The notes beneath the pieces are model-generated. The model ran no database searches and had not been told where the DNA came from. It worked only from the letters and a program-made list of their open reading frames with translations. DNA of 64,000 bases from Octopus vulgaris (lineage: Eukaryota): positions 8,122,001 to 8,186,000 of the forward strand of contig OX597818.1 of assembly GCA_951406725.2 (NCBI GenBank), given 5' to 3'. This document shows, piece after piece, positions 10,231 through 25,496 of this stretch (the stretch's first letter is position 1; each line of letters begins with the position of its first letter). The position numbers and the translations under genes were made by a program.

Positions 10231-12839
10231 AGGACAAAATTTTCACTGCTGAAGAGATTTTGACATATTTCCGTAGAGTTAGGATGCACTTGGGGATAAA
10301 AAACAAAACAAAACATTAATAAATACATTTGTTTTACATATACTAACACTATTTATAACAGCATCTAATAAATCATGGGTAATGTATTGATAACAAATAT
10401 AATGCATTTAATATTAGGTGTCTAACGCAGAGGTCATTCTTTATTTATTTACTGATATTATTTTACGCATTACGTGAAGTACAATGGCTGTGTTCACAAT
10501 GCTCGTTATTGTTATACACGTGTCACTAAAACATAGAATATTGCTTAGTTCCTGATGTATGCAAGAATGAATTACTAAGTAAACGTACAAGCTGCTGACT
10601 GCTGAGGTGTTTGCGGAATTAAATACTTCTCAATTTTGCGAACAAATCAATTCAATATTTATTGAGTGTGTAGCCAATTCTAGGTTATACAGCGCTTCAT
10701 TAGAGAAATGCCCCACTCCCAAACATATTTTGCTAGTACAATAAAGAAAAAGAATACCAATTACATTTATAATATTAGAAATCATATAAATTCTATAACA
10801 TTTTTTACGTCCAAAACAGTTTTTGAACAATGCATACATCCAATTACAAACTATATGATTTCTTAAAAATACTATTAAAAGCATTTAAGCTCAAATTTCT
10901 TCATCTAGAAGCATAAATTTTTCTGTCTTTCTTTATTTCTTTAATAATTTTATATTTTAGGAAATGTATTCCTAAATTCATTGCTAGTGTTCGGTGAATT
11001 TTATTTTATTTTAATGCTCATTTACAACTGAAAATGTTCTTCCCCTATTTTTGAAGGCTAACAAGATTCTGAAGGTTAACAGAAATTTGAATATAGAAAA
11101 AGTGTGTTTAGGTCTATATTTGTTTTGATTCATTGGAATTTTCTTCGTATTCTTCTGACTAGAATAAAATAATTGCCTGTTTATATGAACAAAAATTATC
11201 CTGAAAATAAGTTTTCGAGTGTAAAAGTCTCTTGCCTATTTAATATATGTCTGTGAAAGTAAACTGTGTATACAAACATAATATACAAAAACATATATGT
11301 TCTGTTTAGTTTTTTGGGTCTGTGATAACTATGTATATGTCGTCTATAAATACACTTACTCACACATATGTGTGCCTATGTATGCATGCATGAATGTATG
11401 TATGTATGTAGGCATGTAGGTATGTTCGGGTGTATGTACGTACGTACATATTTCCAGTGTGTATGTGTTTGTATTTATGTATGAATATGTTGTATAAAGT
11501 ATGTAAATGTGTATGTCTTGACAATATATCTTTATGAGGAGCAAACCAAATAACTGAAGAAGGAAAATTTATTTCAGACAATTATACGTGCGTGTGTTGG
11601 TACATGTGTGTAATAGATGTTTGCATGAGAATATTGTTATAGGTATGCACTTGTATACAACCTATATTATTCTATAGAAATATAATGTAGAAATAATGTA
11701 GAATTGGTTGGATAATATACTGTGAAAGAAGCAAGAAATCAATTCCTATTTATATCACTTCATTTGCACACAACATACACACAGGCTAGCACTTACATAT
11801 ATATGTAATATAATTGTATCTATGAGAGCGAGTGTGCGCGTTTGTAATGTGAATTTTCAGTGAACAGAACTCCAAGCAAATAGAGATGTGTTGCCAATGG
11901 AGAAAACAGAAATTTTAAAAAATGATATAAAATGAGAAAATACATCCAATAAGTGAAAAAATTCAAGTAAGGCTTCTATATTGCACTCTTTCTCTTCTCT
12001 TTATATTTATCTCAAGCTACATTTGTTTAACAATCAGAAATAGGGATTTTGTAGGCCTTTTGAACCTTTACAGAATTGGCACCTAGATTCTCATCACGTG
12101 CATATGACAGGAAAACAGTGTATTTCTTCATTGCTTCCCAGTTACACATTGTGCTGTGACTGGTAGTTTGAACCTAGCTTTTGGCTAGCGTAGGGGCTAG
12201 ATGATGTTCGCAGAAATGGAATTAATAGCATTCACTCTACTAATAATAAATGCCAGCGATAAACGCGCGCGCGCACACCCACACGCACACGTACCCACTC
12301 ACGCACACACATGCACATATGCATATGAATCTATGCTTATATCCTGGAGTTAGGAAATGATCGATCAAATGACTATTTCTGAGGAATCTATTAGGAATCA
12401 CCCTTTAGTTTTGATAATGCCTATATTCATTATTATAAATAAATTGTAATATAAAAAACATAATTATGAATAGTTTGCTGTGTATGATATATTTGGCCAT
12501 AGATTAAGAAGAACTATTTTAAGGTAAGCTGTGTAAATATTCTGTTTCTAAGAGCGGCAGGAGAAAAAGCTGTTAGAATGGCATTGAAATTGAGTAACTA
12601 CATTGACTATGTTACTAAAAGGTAGCAATATATGTATATATGTATATATGTATGATATGAATATATTTGATACCAGGTGAGGGAAGTAATCCACTTCTTC
12701 ATTGACAAGTGATTTATTTGCTTTTTTTATGAGTAAGAAATATAGGAAGAAAATAGATGTGTATACCTACATGCACACATACATAAAGGAAATGTATTCA
12801 TTATCTTTCTATCTCTCTCTCTCTCTCTAAATATATCTG

Positions 12840-12859
12840 TCCATCTATCTATCTATCTA

Positions 12860-12952
<93 letters not shown>

Positions 12953-12977
12953 ATCTATCTATCTGTCTCACTGTCTG

Positions 12978-13048
<71 letters not shown>

Positions 13049-13120
13049 CTCTGTCTATCTATCTGTCTATCTCTCTATCTCTTTATCTGTCTATATGTCT
13101 ATCTATCTACCTATCTATTT
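12840..13120. repeat. (CTAT)n / GATA tetranucleotide microsatellite
   Basis: Directly visible. Confidence 0.98.
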
Positions 13121-13203
13121 ACCCACCTACCTATCTGTATATATACACACATTTTTGTCTCTGTATGTGTACACGTTTGTGTGAGCGTATGTGTATAGAC
13201 ACA

Positions 13204-13272
<69 letters not shown>

Positions 13273-13646
13273 TTGCACACAAATACACACATATATATGT
13301 ATGCTTCCTCAATATGTATGAAAAGTTACATAGATATATGTGTAGGTATGTGTATATGCATATATGTGTGAGTGTGTTTTCATAAAATTCTGACTGTTTA
13401 TTGATGGGACTTATAGACGTTTGCGATATACGACGGCAACAGACAGTTTATATTAAGTAAACTCTCTACGATCAATGAATTCGACTGTGTGATTCCATTT
13501 GATTAATATATAGAGTAAACAACTGAATGATTTCTCTGAATTGCTGGGTGTTTTTTATTGAATGAACATTATGGAAGCAGAAATGAATGACTTCAGTCTA
13601 GGTACTTATTATAGTTATCGTTATTGTTGCTGCCGATGTAGTTATT

Positions 13647-13692
<46 letters not shown>

Positions 13693-15470
13693 TATTAATT
13701 TTCTTGTTTTTGTTCTAGCGCTCGGATTGAACAGACGTATTTCTCTTCTTTCCTCGAGTTTGATTTCTGGATCACCACCCCTACCAAGAATGTTTATCAT
13801 ATGATTTAGATACATAGAAACACACACACACATACATACATACATACATACATACATACATGCACACACACACACTTCAAGCTGATCATTAATTTTCGCA
13901 TATGTTAACAAAAATAAGACAAAAAAACAAAATGATTTTTACAGAATATGCTGGTTTGATTCGTAATTTCGTCAATTCAACTAAGCAACAGCTAGAAGAA
14001 GGGAACAAAATAGGAATTACATTTCCGAAATTGCAATGCATAGTATAAAGATCAACAGGCACCATCCCTTTTTTTTTATTAAATTCTTTCGGAAGGAAAA
14101 CCTTCGCGTTTTCCAAAGAAATTTAATGGTTAATTCAGATATTTTGGTAATCTCGCGTGATGACAACTACAATAACGTTAATATGCAAAAGCCGACGGTG
14201 AACATGCGCTCGAACAGTAAAAGCACGTAATAGGATGGCAACACTGAATGACAACACAACGAAAGCATAGAGAGTAACATCGCCTTTACTTAGTTGTCAT
14301 ATTTCTAGAGACATTTGGGTGAGTTATAGCTTTATAAATAAGGAGAAAAGACCGCAGACAGGGTGTGTGTGGTGCTTTCAATGGACTCGATAGTACTTAT
14401 GACTGCAATATCATCAAATCGTATTGGAGCTGAATCCAATTGAAGGAACAGAAATGAAGGATTTCTTTCCAAGCAAAACTACTCAACGCAAATTGAACGT
14501 TTCCCCTCAGATATATTCTTTAAATACAGAATAAAAAGCACATGAACATAAATACTCCGAAACCGTAAGACATTTAATGCATCGAAAGTGATTTTCATGC
14601 ATAACTCTGCACTAAAATAACCACTGTTACAATCTTTCATTTATACTCTTTCTTTCTCACTCACTTGTACACTGAATATATTAGTGGAGAAAAAATGACA
14701 GTCTCGCACATATTACTGTGACCAGAAAGTTTTTAATTATTGATTACACAATCAGAGCTAATAAAAGTGCATCAAAATAAACCCTGTATTTTTGGCTGAG
14801 ATATTTGTCCAGGTGTGGGCAAAGAAAAATTTCACATTCTGTCACTTGAATAAATGTAGAGCTACGATCAGAGGGATTGTTGGAATATTGAAAGGACGTA
14901 CGAGGCTATAATTTAACCATTAGTCAAAGAAAAGTGACAAAAATATCGACCAACTCTTCAAAACTAAGTTCGAAGGATAATGACAGAAACGAAGTCATAC
15001 GGCAAACAAGGGTTTGACGAGTCATTAATTTCTATAAGATGTAAAATAACATTAAGGTGACAGTTAGTGTTAATGCTAGTGACATTAAACACTGAATTAT
15101 TGTCAATTTGTTGGAATGTGTGTGTGTGTGATAAACGAGAAAGACTTAACCGAAAACGGAATATGATTTTGGGTAATTGTGGATATATGCTACACGTATA
15201 TTAGTGATCCTTAACAAATTGTTGATTTCAGTCGATTTCACATGCTAGATAACTGCATTTATCATTCTGGTTATGTCTCTTAGTTTAGCACTAAAATGCC
15301 CATAAAAACTTACAAGCCATCGAAGAAAAGTATTGCACATGCTGTGTGATCATGCAATGCCTTTAATTGTTGATCTTAATCTTCAGGGCAGATTTTGTTA
15401 CTCTTAAAACTATTTTCAAATAATTTGCATAGATGATAATATTATCTCAAGTATGAAGAGATACATATTA

Positions 15471-15725
15471 CAGTAATCCCTCGGCATATCGCGGTTCACC
15501 TATCGCAGTACACCTATAGTGGTTCACCTATCGTGGTTAACCTATTGCGGTTTATTATTTAAGCTTTCGTCGATTTCTCTTTGGTGTTGTTTTCCATTTA
15601 TAAAATAAATATATACAAATTATGAACATAAAAAAATACAGTGTACTATTGTTTCTACTTCACGGATTTTCAAATATCGCGGAATGTTTTGGAACGTAAA
15701 ACCCGCGATAGTTGAGGGATTACTG
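15471..15725. mobile_element. pogo/Tigger-type MITE (255 bp)
   Basis: TIRs CAGTAATCCCTC..ATCGCGG / CCGCGAT..GAGGGATTACTG, TA on both flanks, and five 14-bp subterminal repeats TATCGCGGTTCACC. Confidence 0.9.
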
Positions 15726-17379
15726 TATATGTTCGCTGAGATCTCCAAATGCAAGCGAGGGAGAGCCTATGGCACATACATTTTATAGATAAAAATGATA
15801 ATGAGCTGTAAAGGCCAACTCTGTTATCGCGTTAGAGACCAGCCGATATTATAGGACGCGAATAAATAAAATACTCACCCTCATGATCACGTTGACCACA
15901 ACAGAACTTCACCATTGCTGGAGCCACATATGACCTTGTTGTCAAGGTTGGGGTAATGTCTGGCGATGTGTGATCAGGTAGTGTATTCATAGATACAATG
16001 CCTGAGTTGTGCTTTGTAGTGAGCACAGATTTACATGTAGATTTACACTCGAGGAAAAATCCACATGCAAAATATCTGTCAAAAAAATGTTGTTTCCGTG
16101 TTTTCTGCTCAGAAGACAGTGGACTGAATACAGAGTGCTGAAACTCATCGCTGGTATATAAATGTTAACAATGGAGTGAGTATGGACAGAAAAATGCTTA
16201 CTTCAGAGAAGTGAACATGAGCGTAAGCAGAGGTAAACATGATAGTGATGCATGTCTTCGAGCGGCACTCTGCTTAACTACAATTGCAGTGGAATGCTTC
16301 TCTTGGGCAGCAGTTTGCTGAACAGTAGACACAAGAAGACTTGCTATACAACTAGAGAATTCCCACTTTTGCAATTCGAGAATGTTGAAACTTGCAGAGA
16401 ATGCGTATGACGAAAGATAAATGGAAAAAAAAAACTCGCCTGAATGAGTTTAACCAAAAAATTCCCGCAGAGGTGTTGATGCTTCCGCATATATTGTGAG
16501 TGGAGCATATCTGCAAATAAATGCTTAAAATACTAGCCAGGACAACTTTCATCTTATGGGAAACATTGTAAATAAGGAGGGTCATGAATCTGGCTTCGGT
16601 AGGAATCTGTTCTATTTGCATCAACTAGAATCTTTCGATATGATCAGTCATCACTAATTCACGATTTTCCTCAAGGTACCTGGTTTTTATCTCGTATCAG
16701 AGGGTTGTTCCAAATGCGAGCGGTATCTACACAAGGGCCAAACAAAATGGCTATCAAACAGAACCTATCGGTATCACAAGACAGTGTCATTCAATTTCGG
16801 ATTTATTGAGGAGACGAGGACTCTCGGCATAGATTGAGAAACAAAGCTGGGTGTATCAAACTGAAAGAATTCACATTCGATTTTCATCTCGAGTGTGGTG
16901 TGGTAATATATAAATTTGTCAGTTCTTCTAAGGTCATGTCGAACTTGAAATAAACAGCATTAAATATACTACGAGGCATCGAAAGATGTGTGTGTGTGTT
17001 TCTGTATGTGTATATATATGTGTGTGTGTGTTTGTATGTATGCATGTATATATGTATGTGCGAACGTACACATGTATGTATGTATCTATGTATGTATGCA
17101 TGCATACATTAATGTATGTATCATCTGAATGTTCACTGCTATCGATTGAGTAAGAATCTTACGCATCTTTGTGTACAGAGAACTGAAAATCGACACGTAA
17201 ATAAAAGCAGTTTAGAGTATAGTTAAAGAACAGAAATGGTTTAAAACCAAACACCCACCCCTTATTCACACACTCATACACATCAACATATAAAATCACA
17301 AATATATACCCTTAGCCCCAGCAAGAAAATACTTCACTATAGCGTCGCATGTTAATCTCTCTCTTCCTCTCTCTCTCTG

Positions 17380-17413
<34 letters not shown>

Positions 17414-17425
17414 CATCTATGTTTT

Positions 17426-17464
<39 letters not shown>

Positions 17465-18851
17465 ATATATACATATGTAGGTCTGTATAAAGAGAACTAC
17501 GTACAAACATATATAACATTTAAGTCCAGGGGAAATATCTTGAAAATATAGTTTTCACATCCATATTATGGCGAATGGAAATAACATTTGGCAAATTTAC
17601 AGAAATCAAAGGTAGTCAATTAAACATCTGCTAAATTTCACTGTGCAAAATAATTGGATTTGGAGAGCAGCATGTAAGCTTGCCTTCTCTTGAGATAGAA
17701 CAACTGAAGCTCTAATCGATTTCTCCGAGGTTTGTGATCCGTCATTGATCACTGCACGCCTGAGACGAATCATTGTGGGATAGATTAATTACACAATCCA
17801 GACAGTTGCAATCAACATTGCAACTTTATCCAATACATCTCCCACTGATCGAAATTGATTACAAATGCGTTGGAATTACTAGAATGGAGTTATGTTATTT
17901 GGTTTGCTGAGAAAGAGAGAAAAATTACAAAACTGGAGATGTCTACTTTGCAGAGAGTTTACCGAGTTAAGTTATTAGTTGAAGTAACCTCAAAGGCACA
18001 TTAGAAGATTTATAAAGTCAGGAACAGATTCCAATATGCTTGATTTAAAAGTTTAATCTTCTACTTTAATTGGAATTTCTGAGCGGTAGGTCTTTAATAT
18101 AAATGGATTTTTCACAGTAAATTTTCTTCCAGAAAATTCATTTATTTATATTAATTGCATATTTACTCCCAAACCTCTAGTCTTCTATTGAAGAACAAAG
18201 AATTCCATTTCTATTTTGTAGTCGGTAAAGTGGCTGAAGACTGAATATACTGGATTATCGGCAAAAAGTTGAATAGCTTAAATATTTTCAATGCTAACTT
18301 TTAACAACCAAACTGAAACTATGCAGCATAAATAGTTAATTAACTTAAGAAAAGTCGCCGGTCCATGCATCGAACCATCCATGCATTCATCAATTCAAAT
18401 AACATTTTGTTCAGTTATTTGCGTAAACGTGTGCATTTTAGAATTTATTAAAATCTTAACATTATATTGAAATCATTTATTAACATAAATTTATTTAAAC
18501 CGTGAACTGGTAGGATTTACAACGTTGGATAAAAAGCCTCGCGGAATTGGTTCCCATTTCATAAATATCTGAATTCAAAACTACCGAATGCAAGTTCAAT
18601 TTGACCCTTTCGAGTCGATTAAAAATTTATCAATGGGTTGGTGTAATTGTTCCGGTATACATTTCGGCTCCGGGTAATTTCATTTTCATTTGAAATTTTG
18701 CTCGTCCTTGACGGTTTCTGACTCAGAAATAGCGTCCGATGAATAGTATTGCGAAAAATATACAAAAAAGCTAAAAAAAACAAATATGAAAACGAAAATG
18801 TCATATGGATAGTTTAGTCGCAAAATCGAATGTGAACACCACCCCATCAAT

Positions 18852-18855
18852 ACTG

Positions 18856-18887
<32 letters not shown>

Positions 18888-19011
18888 ACTGTTGCTGCTG
18901 CTACTGTTGCTACTGCTACTGTTGCTGCTGCTACTGTTGCTACTGCTACTGATGCTACTGGTACTGCTACTACTACTGATGCTGCTACTACTGCTGCTGC
19001 TGCTGCTGCTG

Positions 19012-19050
<39 letters not shown>
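18852..19050. repeat. (CTA/CTG) compound trinucleotide repeat
   Basis: Directly visible; contains a duplicated 30-bp higher-order unit. Confidence 0.95.
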
Positions 19051-19129
19051 AATAATTACGTTACGAAAATGTATGTGTGTTTTCACAGGATTTTTACTAA
19101 GATTTCTGTGTTAATGTAACATAGAGTAA

Positions 19130-19330
19130 TCAAGGGGGAGCGCTGATAGAATGCTTTACACATGGGGAGAAATGCTTAACGGCATTTCGTCTGTCTATAC
19201 TTCTAAATTTCAAATTTCGTCGAAGTTGATTTGCCTTTCATCGTTTCATCCAGCTGAGCAATGTTGTCGATATAATCGAGTTATCCACCTCCTCAGTAAC
19301 TGTTGGCATTGTCAAAAATTATAAACCAAT
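19130..19330 (+). mobile_element. Decayed tRNA-derived SINE (same head/core family as 26169-26402)
   Basis: GAAATGCTTAACGGCATTTCGTCTGTC...TTGCCTTTCATC aligns to the 26169 and 48850 copies. Confidence 0.7.
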
Positions 19331-19619
19331 AGAGCATACAGCATCGACAGCTATTGAAATAGCAATGGTATTAAATATAGTTTTTTTTTAAGATTACTAT
19401 TTTTCCTATGCTATTAAATGTTAGCTCCCCTGGTTTCTGTAGCCCAACTAAACTGGTCATGTGGATTTACGCCAATAGACTTAAGTAGCATATGGACAGC
19501 TGAGAAGTTTAGTGTTGAGTGACATCTGAGTTTATTTAGACCCAAGTTAATTAAATTTGCCAAAATATAATGAATATTTACCAAATATCAGCATTTCATC
19601 TTTTCGAACTTAATATTTA

Positions 19620-19850
19620 CTCATTTACTCTTTTACTTGTTTCAGTCATTTGACTGTGGCCATGAGGGAGCACCGCATTTAGTCGACCAAATCGACCCCA
19701 GGACTTATTCTTTGTAAGCCTAGTTCTTATTCTATCGGTCTCTTTTGCCGAACCGCTAAGTTACGGGGACGTAAGCACACAGGCATCGGTTGACAAGCGA
19801 TGTTGGGGAGGACAAACACAGACACACAATCACATACATACATACATACA

Positions 19851-19884
<34 letters not shown>

Positions 19885-22101
19885 CGGCTTCTTTCAGTTT
19901 CCGTCTACCAAATCCACTCATAAGGCTTCGGTCGCCCCGAGGCTATAGTAGAAAGCATTTGCCCAAGGTGCTACGCAGTGGGACTGAACCCGGAACCATG
20001 TGATTCGTTAGCAAGCTACTTTATTTCATAAATTTGTCATATAGACAGTACAAAAAACTTTGCGGCCTGGACAAACGCATTAATGAATGAAAATGAATTA
20101 TAATGAATAAATGAGAGACGAAACCCAACACCCGCCGATTGGATTTTTCTCGAAAACATATTTTCTTTTTTTTTTAAATCAATATAAGGTTTCGAACCTT
20201 TTACAAGGAGGAGGCACTAAAACCTCTTACTTAACATATTTTCTTTTTTCTTTCTTATAACACAAAATTGAGGTTATAAACCACTACAAAATAGTCCAAT
20301 AAGGTGAGGTTTCAAACTCTGTAACGAGGGTCTTTCACCTCCTACTCTTCGATATATCCATCGATATATTCATCATTATCTTCAATGCCGCTTGAGTTCC
20401 GGTATCCCGCTATTTCCCATGCCTCACTCATGTAGGACATGTAAGTCGTGTAAGGGCCACCGAGCCATATGCGACACTCCTCCGCAAATCCTTTAAGCCT
20501 TTCCCACAAGGGAAACCTTATGATCTCCACAGCTATCTGCGGAGATCATTCGGGATCCCGTGTGAAGGGCATATCTACTGTTTCTTTAAGTTCTTCTACT
20601 ATTGATCCACCTCCCCGCCCTTGTAGAAAAAGATAATTAATTGATCATCTTTAAGGGTGGGGGTGGTTTCTTCCACCGTGGGTGGCAGAACTTCGGGACA
20701 TGAAGACGGCACATCATCTCCCTACTGAGATGACCCGTTCTTCTTCCTTCTTTTTTTCTTTTCTTCGTGGCTTCGGGAGAGTGGAGCCCTTCCGCTTTGT
20801 CCGGAGACTCTCCCCCGTCTCCCGAAGCCTTAGGTTCCTTCGGCGGGCAACTATTGTTGCCCGCCTTCTTCCTTTTAAATCCTTTTTGAGTTGAGGGGGC
20901 TGAAGCCTCCTCGACCACATCCACCTTTCCCTTTGACCGGGTAGGGGAGGTGGCATCTGGTGACTTTTCCAGGGCCTTACCATGGTCCTGGGGGCAGTTC
21001 ATTTTAATGTGGCCTGGCTGCAGGCATCAGTAACACTTTGGGGGACGTCCCTCAAGTATCACCGGATACCTGCAGCCAGCCATTTTCAAGAAATCTGGAA
21101 AAACCAGTTCTGTTGCGGCCGATGGGGTCCACAGGGTCAAAATCGCTTGTCACCCTTCCCAATAGACCGTCGGCAATACTCTTACATCTAAGAGCCTGGA
21201 CCCGCTATCTCCCAGTCCCCGTCGGATGGTATCTTCAATCCATTCCGCTTCGGTCCCCGGAGGGAGCCCACATATCGGTTCGTATTAATTTTCTTCCACA
21301 ATATGACGGGAGAAACAGGATTTCCTTGCCTTCTAAAGGCTGACTCGCAAACTGGCTAGCCTTTTCCCCGTTGTCAAACAGCAACCATATGGTTGCATGT
21401 TTGACACCACGGGATATATATTTTACAGAGGACAAATGTTCTTTAAGTTCATATTTTATGAATTGTTTTGGGAAGACGGTGATGGAATTAAGAACTTTAG
21501 AATATGTTCTAAGTACCCCCGTCTTCTCTGCCATATCTTTTAACCATTGCTTAGGCGGGTTAATTTCCCACTCTAAAACAGAGTTTTCTTTTTAAGTTCC
21601 TTCTCTGCCATGTCAAAAAACAGTTCAAAAGTAGTTCAAAAGGCAGTCTGCCAAAAAATTAAACCGAATAAAAATAAAACAAAATAAAGGGGAGGGGAGG
21701 AAACTGAAATTAAAGTAATGAAAAGAATGAACCAAATTTTAGAAAGAAAGAAATAATAGAAGGGAAAAGTAAAAGAAAAATCTCACAAATAGCACAGACA
21801 GAGAATCCTTTGTATAATACTCCAAAAAGGTAATCCAAATGGCTTATTCTTTTTTTTTTTTTTTTGGCAAGATACGCCCAATAGAATTCACAAGAAGAAT
21901 TTTCAAAAAAATTCTCAATTCACCGTTACGGTGCTGAGAACCCAGTATTTTGCTCGTTATAGCGAGCCATAATTGACAATTTTTCTTTTTGTTCTTTTTT
22001 TCTGTTCGCGGAGCCAAAACTCACATCTTCTCACTGTAACAGTTCAGACCAACTATTGTTGCATTCTGGGTAAGCAAGCTACTTACCACACAGCCTACAC
22101 C
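19620..22101 (-). mobile_element. CORE-type SINE (19620-20021 plus 22073-22101) interrupted in its tRNA head
   Basis: The body aligns to 3918-4349. The missing 5' end (..AGCAAGCTACTTACCACACAGCC) resumes at 22073. Confidence 0.85.
20022..22072 (-). mobile_element. ORF1-only L1/Tx1-type retroelement (HAL1-like), ~2.05 kb, decayed ORF
   Basis: TSD AGCAAGCTACTT (20010-20021, 22073-22084). ORF1 relic ~21611-20342 has an RRM-like region (FLPSYCGRK), a zinc knuckle CY*CLQPGHIKMNC and a Lys/Pro-rich tail. AATAAA lies at the 3' junction. No EN or RT. Confidence 0.75.
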
Positions 22102-22520
22102 TAAATAGAAAATTAACAAGATGTAAAGTTTCAATTATGTTTCAAAAGACAGTGATGCAATAATACTGGGTATATAATGTTGCTGTTTCTAGTTAAAATA
22201 TATGTCTACAGAAGTGGCCAGAGGTTTGTGCAGCTTATATTTATTACGTCTCTATCATTTATCTTCAGTTGTTTTATTCATTAAACTACGACTGTGCTGT
22301 AGCCCCATCTTTCATATTTTAATTGAATAAAATACTTATTATTTTGAAACCTTGATACATATTATACCGGATTATTTGGGCGGAAACTGTTAGGTACGGG
22401 AGACGCAAACAAATGAACACCGACTGTGAAACAGTGAAAAGGCACAATCACAGACTCAAAGAAACGCTTTTATTTATAAATACATAAATATATGTGTGTG
22501 TGTGTGTGTCTGTATGTACG

Positions 22521-22626
<106 letters not shown>

Positions 22627-24509
22627 ATATATTTATCCCCGCTTAAATGTGGATAATTTGTTTCAACACACTATACTTCGGTAGTCATCATGAGAGAGAC
22701 TTACATATTGGCTTCTCGTGCAAATGGACTCTTGTTTATAACGCTAGCGGTGAGATAAATTCTCGCCAGCTCCAGCATCGAGACCACGTGATTTCGAACT
22801 TACTAGGTCTTGTCAATAATGGACGCTCGACCGCTAGATGTAGCAGCGATTCGTCTGCGTCAGTGATATATAGAGAAATACTATGATTAGCCAGTGTGCT
22901 TATTAAAATAGTACTGATGTCACTGTGATCGAATTGCCCCACTCCCTCGGACTTGCTGGCCGTGTGCCAAAATTTAAAATCAGTATTGATATATAGAATA
23001 CCGAGCAAATGCTCAGCACTGTATGTTTGTTACCATCGGAAAACAACTATACAGTTCTTTCTAAAACAACTATATATCAGTCATCCACGAGAGGATAACT
23101 TTATTTGTATAATTTAGGAAAGAGGACGAGAACGAACACGTTTACTTTGGAGACTGAAAAAAGTGGCAGGCATGAGAGAAGTTATTGTGTATTGTATAGA
23201 TACTAGCACCTGAAAAATATGAATTATATTACGTCTTGGTTCGAATGTGTGCTGATAAAATCGCTCCAGGTTTATGATGAGATCTCTCTCTGATAACTGT
23301 CAAGATAAGGGTGACTTGAAGAAGAAAATTTATGATCCTCACGTCACACCTAAATGCAAATTAATTATTCAAATAATGCTGAGCTTAAATATGTAAAGGT
23401 TTAAATCATTAAATGCAATATCTGCTGTTTCCACAGCTAATTAAATATATACCACATGCCAAGCAGTGTTTGTTGGAAAGTAATTTCAAAGTAGAAAATA
23501 TAAAAAAGTTAGAAAAAAAAGAAGACAAAGATACAGTAAAGGTGCCCAATTGTGATCTGTATCTCATAAAAACCCCCTATTGAGACACATTGGATAAAAC
23601 AGAGATTTGAAATAACTGGGATAGAATGGAATATCTTACAGGAATACGTAGCAAACAATATCAGCAAATGCCTTAAGATTTATGCAAATTGCTTAATATT
23701 TTTTCACCAGGCTGAAAATCAATGGGACATAACAATCACAGATTATAATGAATGAAGATGCTCACAAAATGAATATGACGAAGCGGACATAATTATCACT
23801 AAAGCAATAACAAGGAAATTATTCACTTGCACCAATTTTTAAGGTAAGACCTACATTTATTCCAGTACAATGATTACTTCTGTAACCGTGTGAGAACAGA
23901 TACCCATTAGATAAGCAGCTAAGTTTCTGAAAAAATGCGGAAGCTTGACAAAATAATATATTATACTATAGATCCTTGGACAGGTTTAGAGCTTCTCTTG
24001 CATAAATTAAGCTAGAAATTTAGCTAAAGGTATCTTATCTATTTTCTATTCAAATATTTTCTTTTGTAAAATGAATATATTCCTTGCTATTTCACTGTTC
24101 AACACAGATAATTTGCTAAATAAATAATTTAGCTAAAGGCTGTTATTAGAGAATAGAATTCAACAGGAGACATATAAAATTCCAACAAAATAATTCAACA
24201 AAATTAACCAGCAACAAGCAAATAAGTGTTCTATTAACAATAAAGGCGATTAAAGAGAACAATGCATTTTTGTGAGCAACAACAAGAGCTATAGGTGTGA
24301 TATTACAGAGGGGACGAGGTTTATTGTTCCTGTGGATTCAAGAACAGGAAAGCAATTTTAATTTAGCAATAGAAATTAGAAAACTGTTAAAGGATGAGAT
24401 TCAAGTTAATTTAGTAGCTGAAAGAATATTAAGTATGGCTGCACATAAATACCTCAACATCTACATATACACATACACGTGCTTATACATACATACATAC
24501 ATACGTACA

Positions 24510-24541
<32 letters not shown>

Positions 24542-24557
24542 CATAATACATATATAT

Positions 24558-24595
<38 letters not shown>

Positions 24596-25462
24596 GTGTT
24601 GTGTGTATATATATATGCATACATATACATACGCATAAACACAGGCATACACCGTATATACACATGTATATGTATGCATGTATGTATGTATGTATGTATG
24701 CGTGTGTCTGAATGTATATATAATGATCAAAAATTGATTTGCGAAGGAAACAAAAGAGAGTGAAATTTATTTGCATTTCCAACGTACAACCATAAATGGT
24801 TTGCTGCCGAACAATAGAAATAAACAATAAGAAATGCAATCCTTGTACGCTCACAACAACTCTCCTTAAAAGCCATCAATTTGGTGAGGAGAAAAACTTG
24901 AGGTAAGAAATAAATCTAAAGATGATGCAAAAATATATGAATACATCACATTTTTATTCCATTTTATGAACAATGTTAGTTCATAATATATTAAAGAGAC
25001 ATCAAATATTTTCATAGTAAATACATATCAAATATACTCATTAATTGTCAGTACACACATACAAAAATACTTATCTTTATACGTACATAAATATACAGGT
25101 TGTCAATGTCTTCTCCTCCTTTAAATTCACTGTAGCAATCTACCTCTCTCATTGCCTTCCTCTCTTTTATTACTTCTGTCTCATGCATAACAATAATAAC
25201 AGCATTATGCATAACTAGTTGTTGAAACATACAGATATAACCATTTTCCACACTATGCGTGTATGTGTGTGTGAGTGTGTGTGTGTGTGTGTTCGCGTGC
25301 ATAATATGTTTATGTGCGTACCGGTGTGTATATGCATACAACTCAAATTTACTCGAAAATCAACAAGTGCGTTTGCAGCATACTTGCAATAGAGGAAATA
25401 TTCAAATGAGTAATTGAATGTGAATGAGACAATGTTATCAGTTGCATCTCGTTATTATAAAG

Positions 25463-25496
<34 letters not shown>

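Noticed and set aside
15830-18120. hAT transposase relics
   Set aside because: Only faint peptide hints and no TIR/TSD, so not supportable without a profile search.
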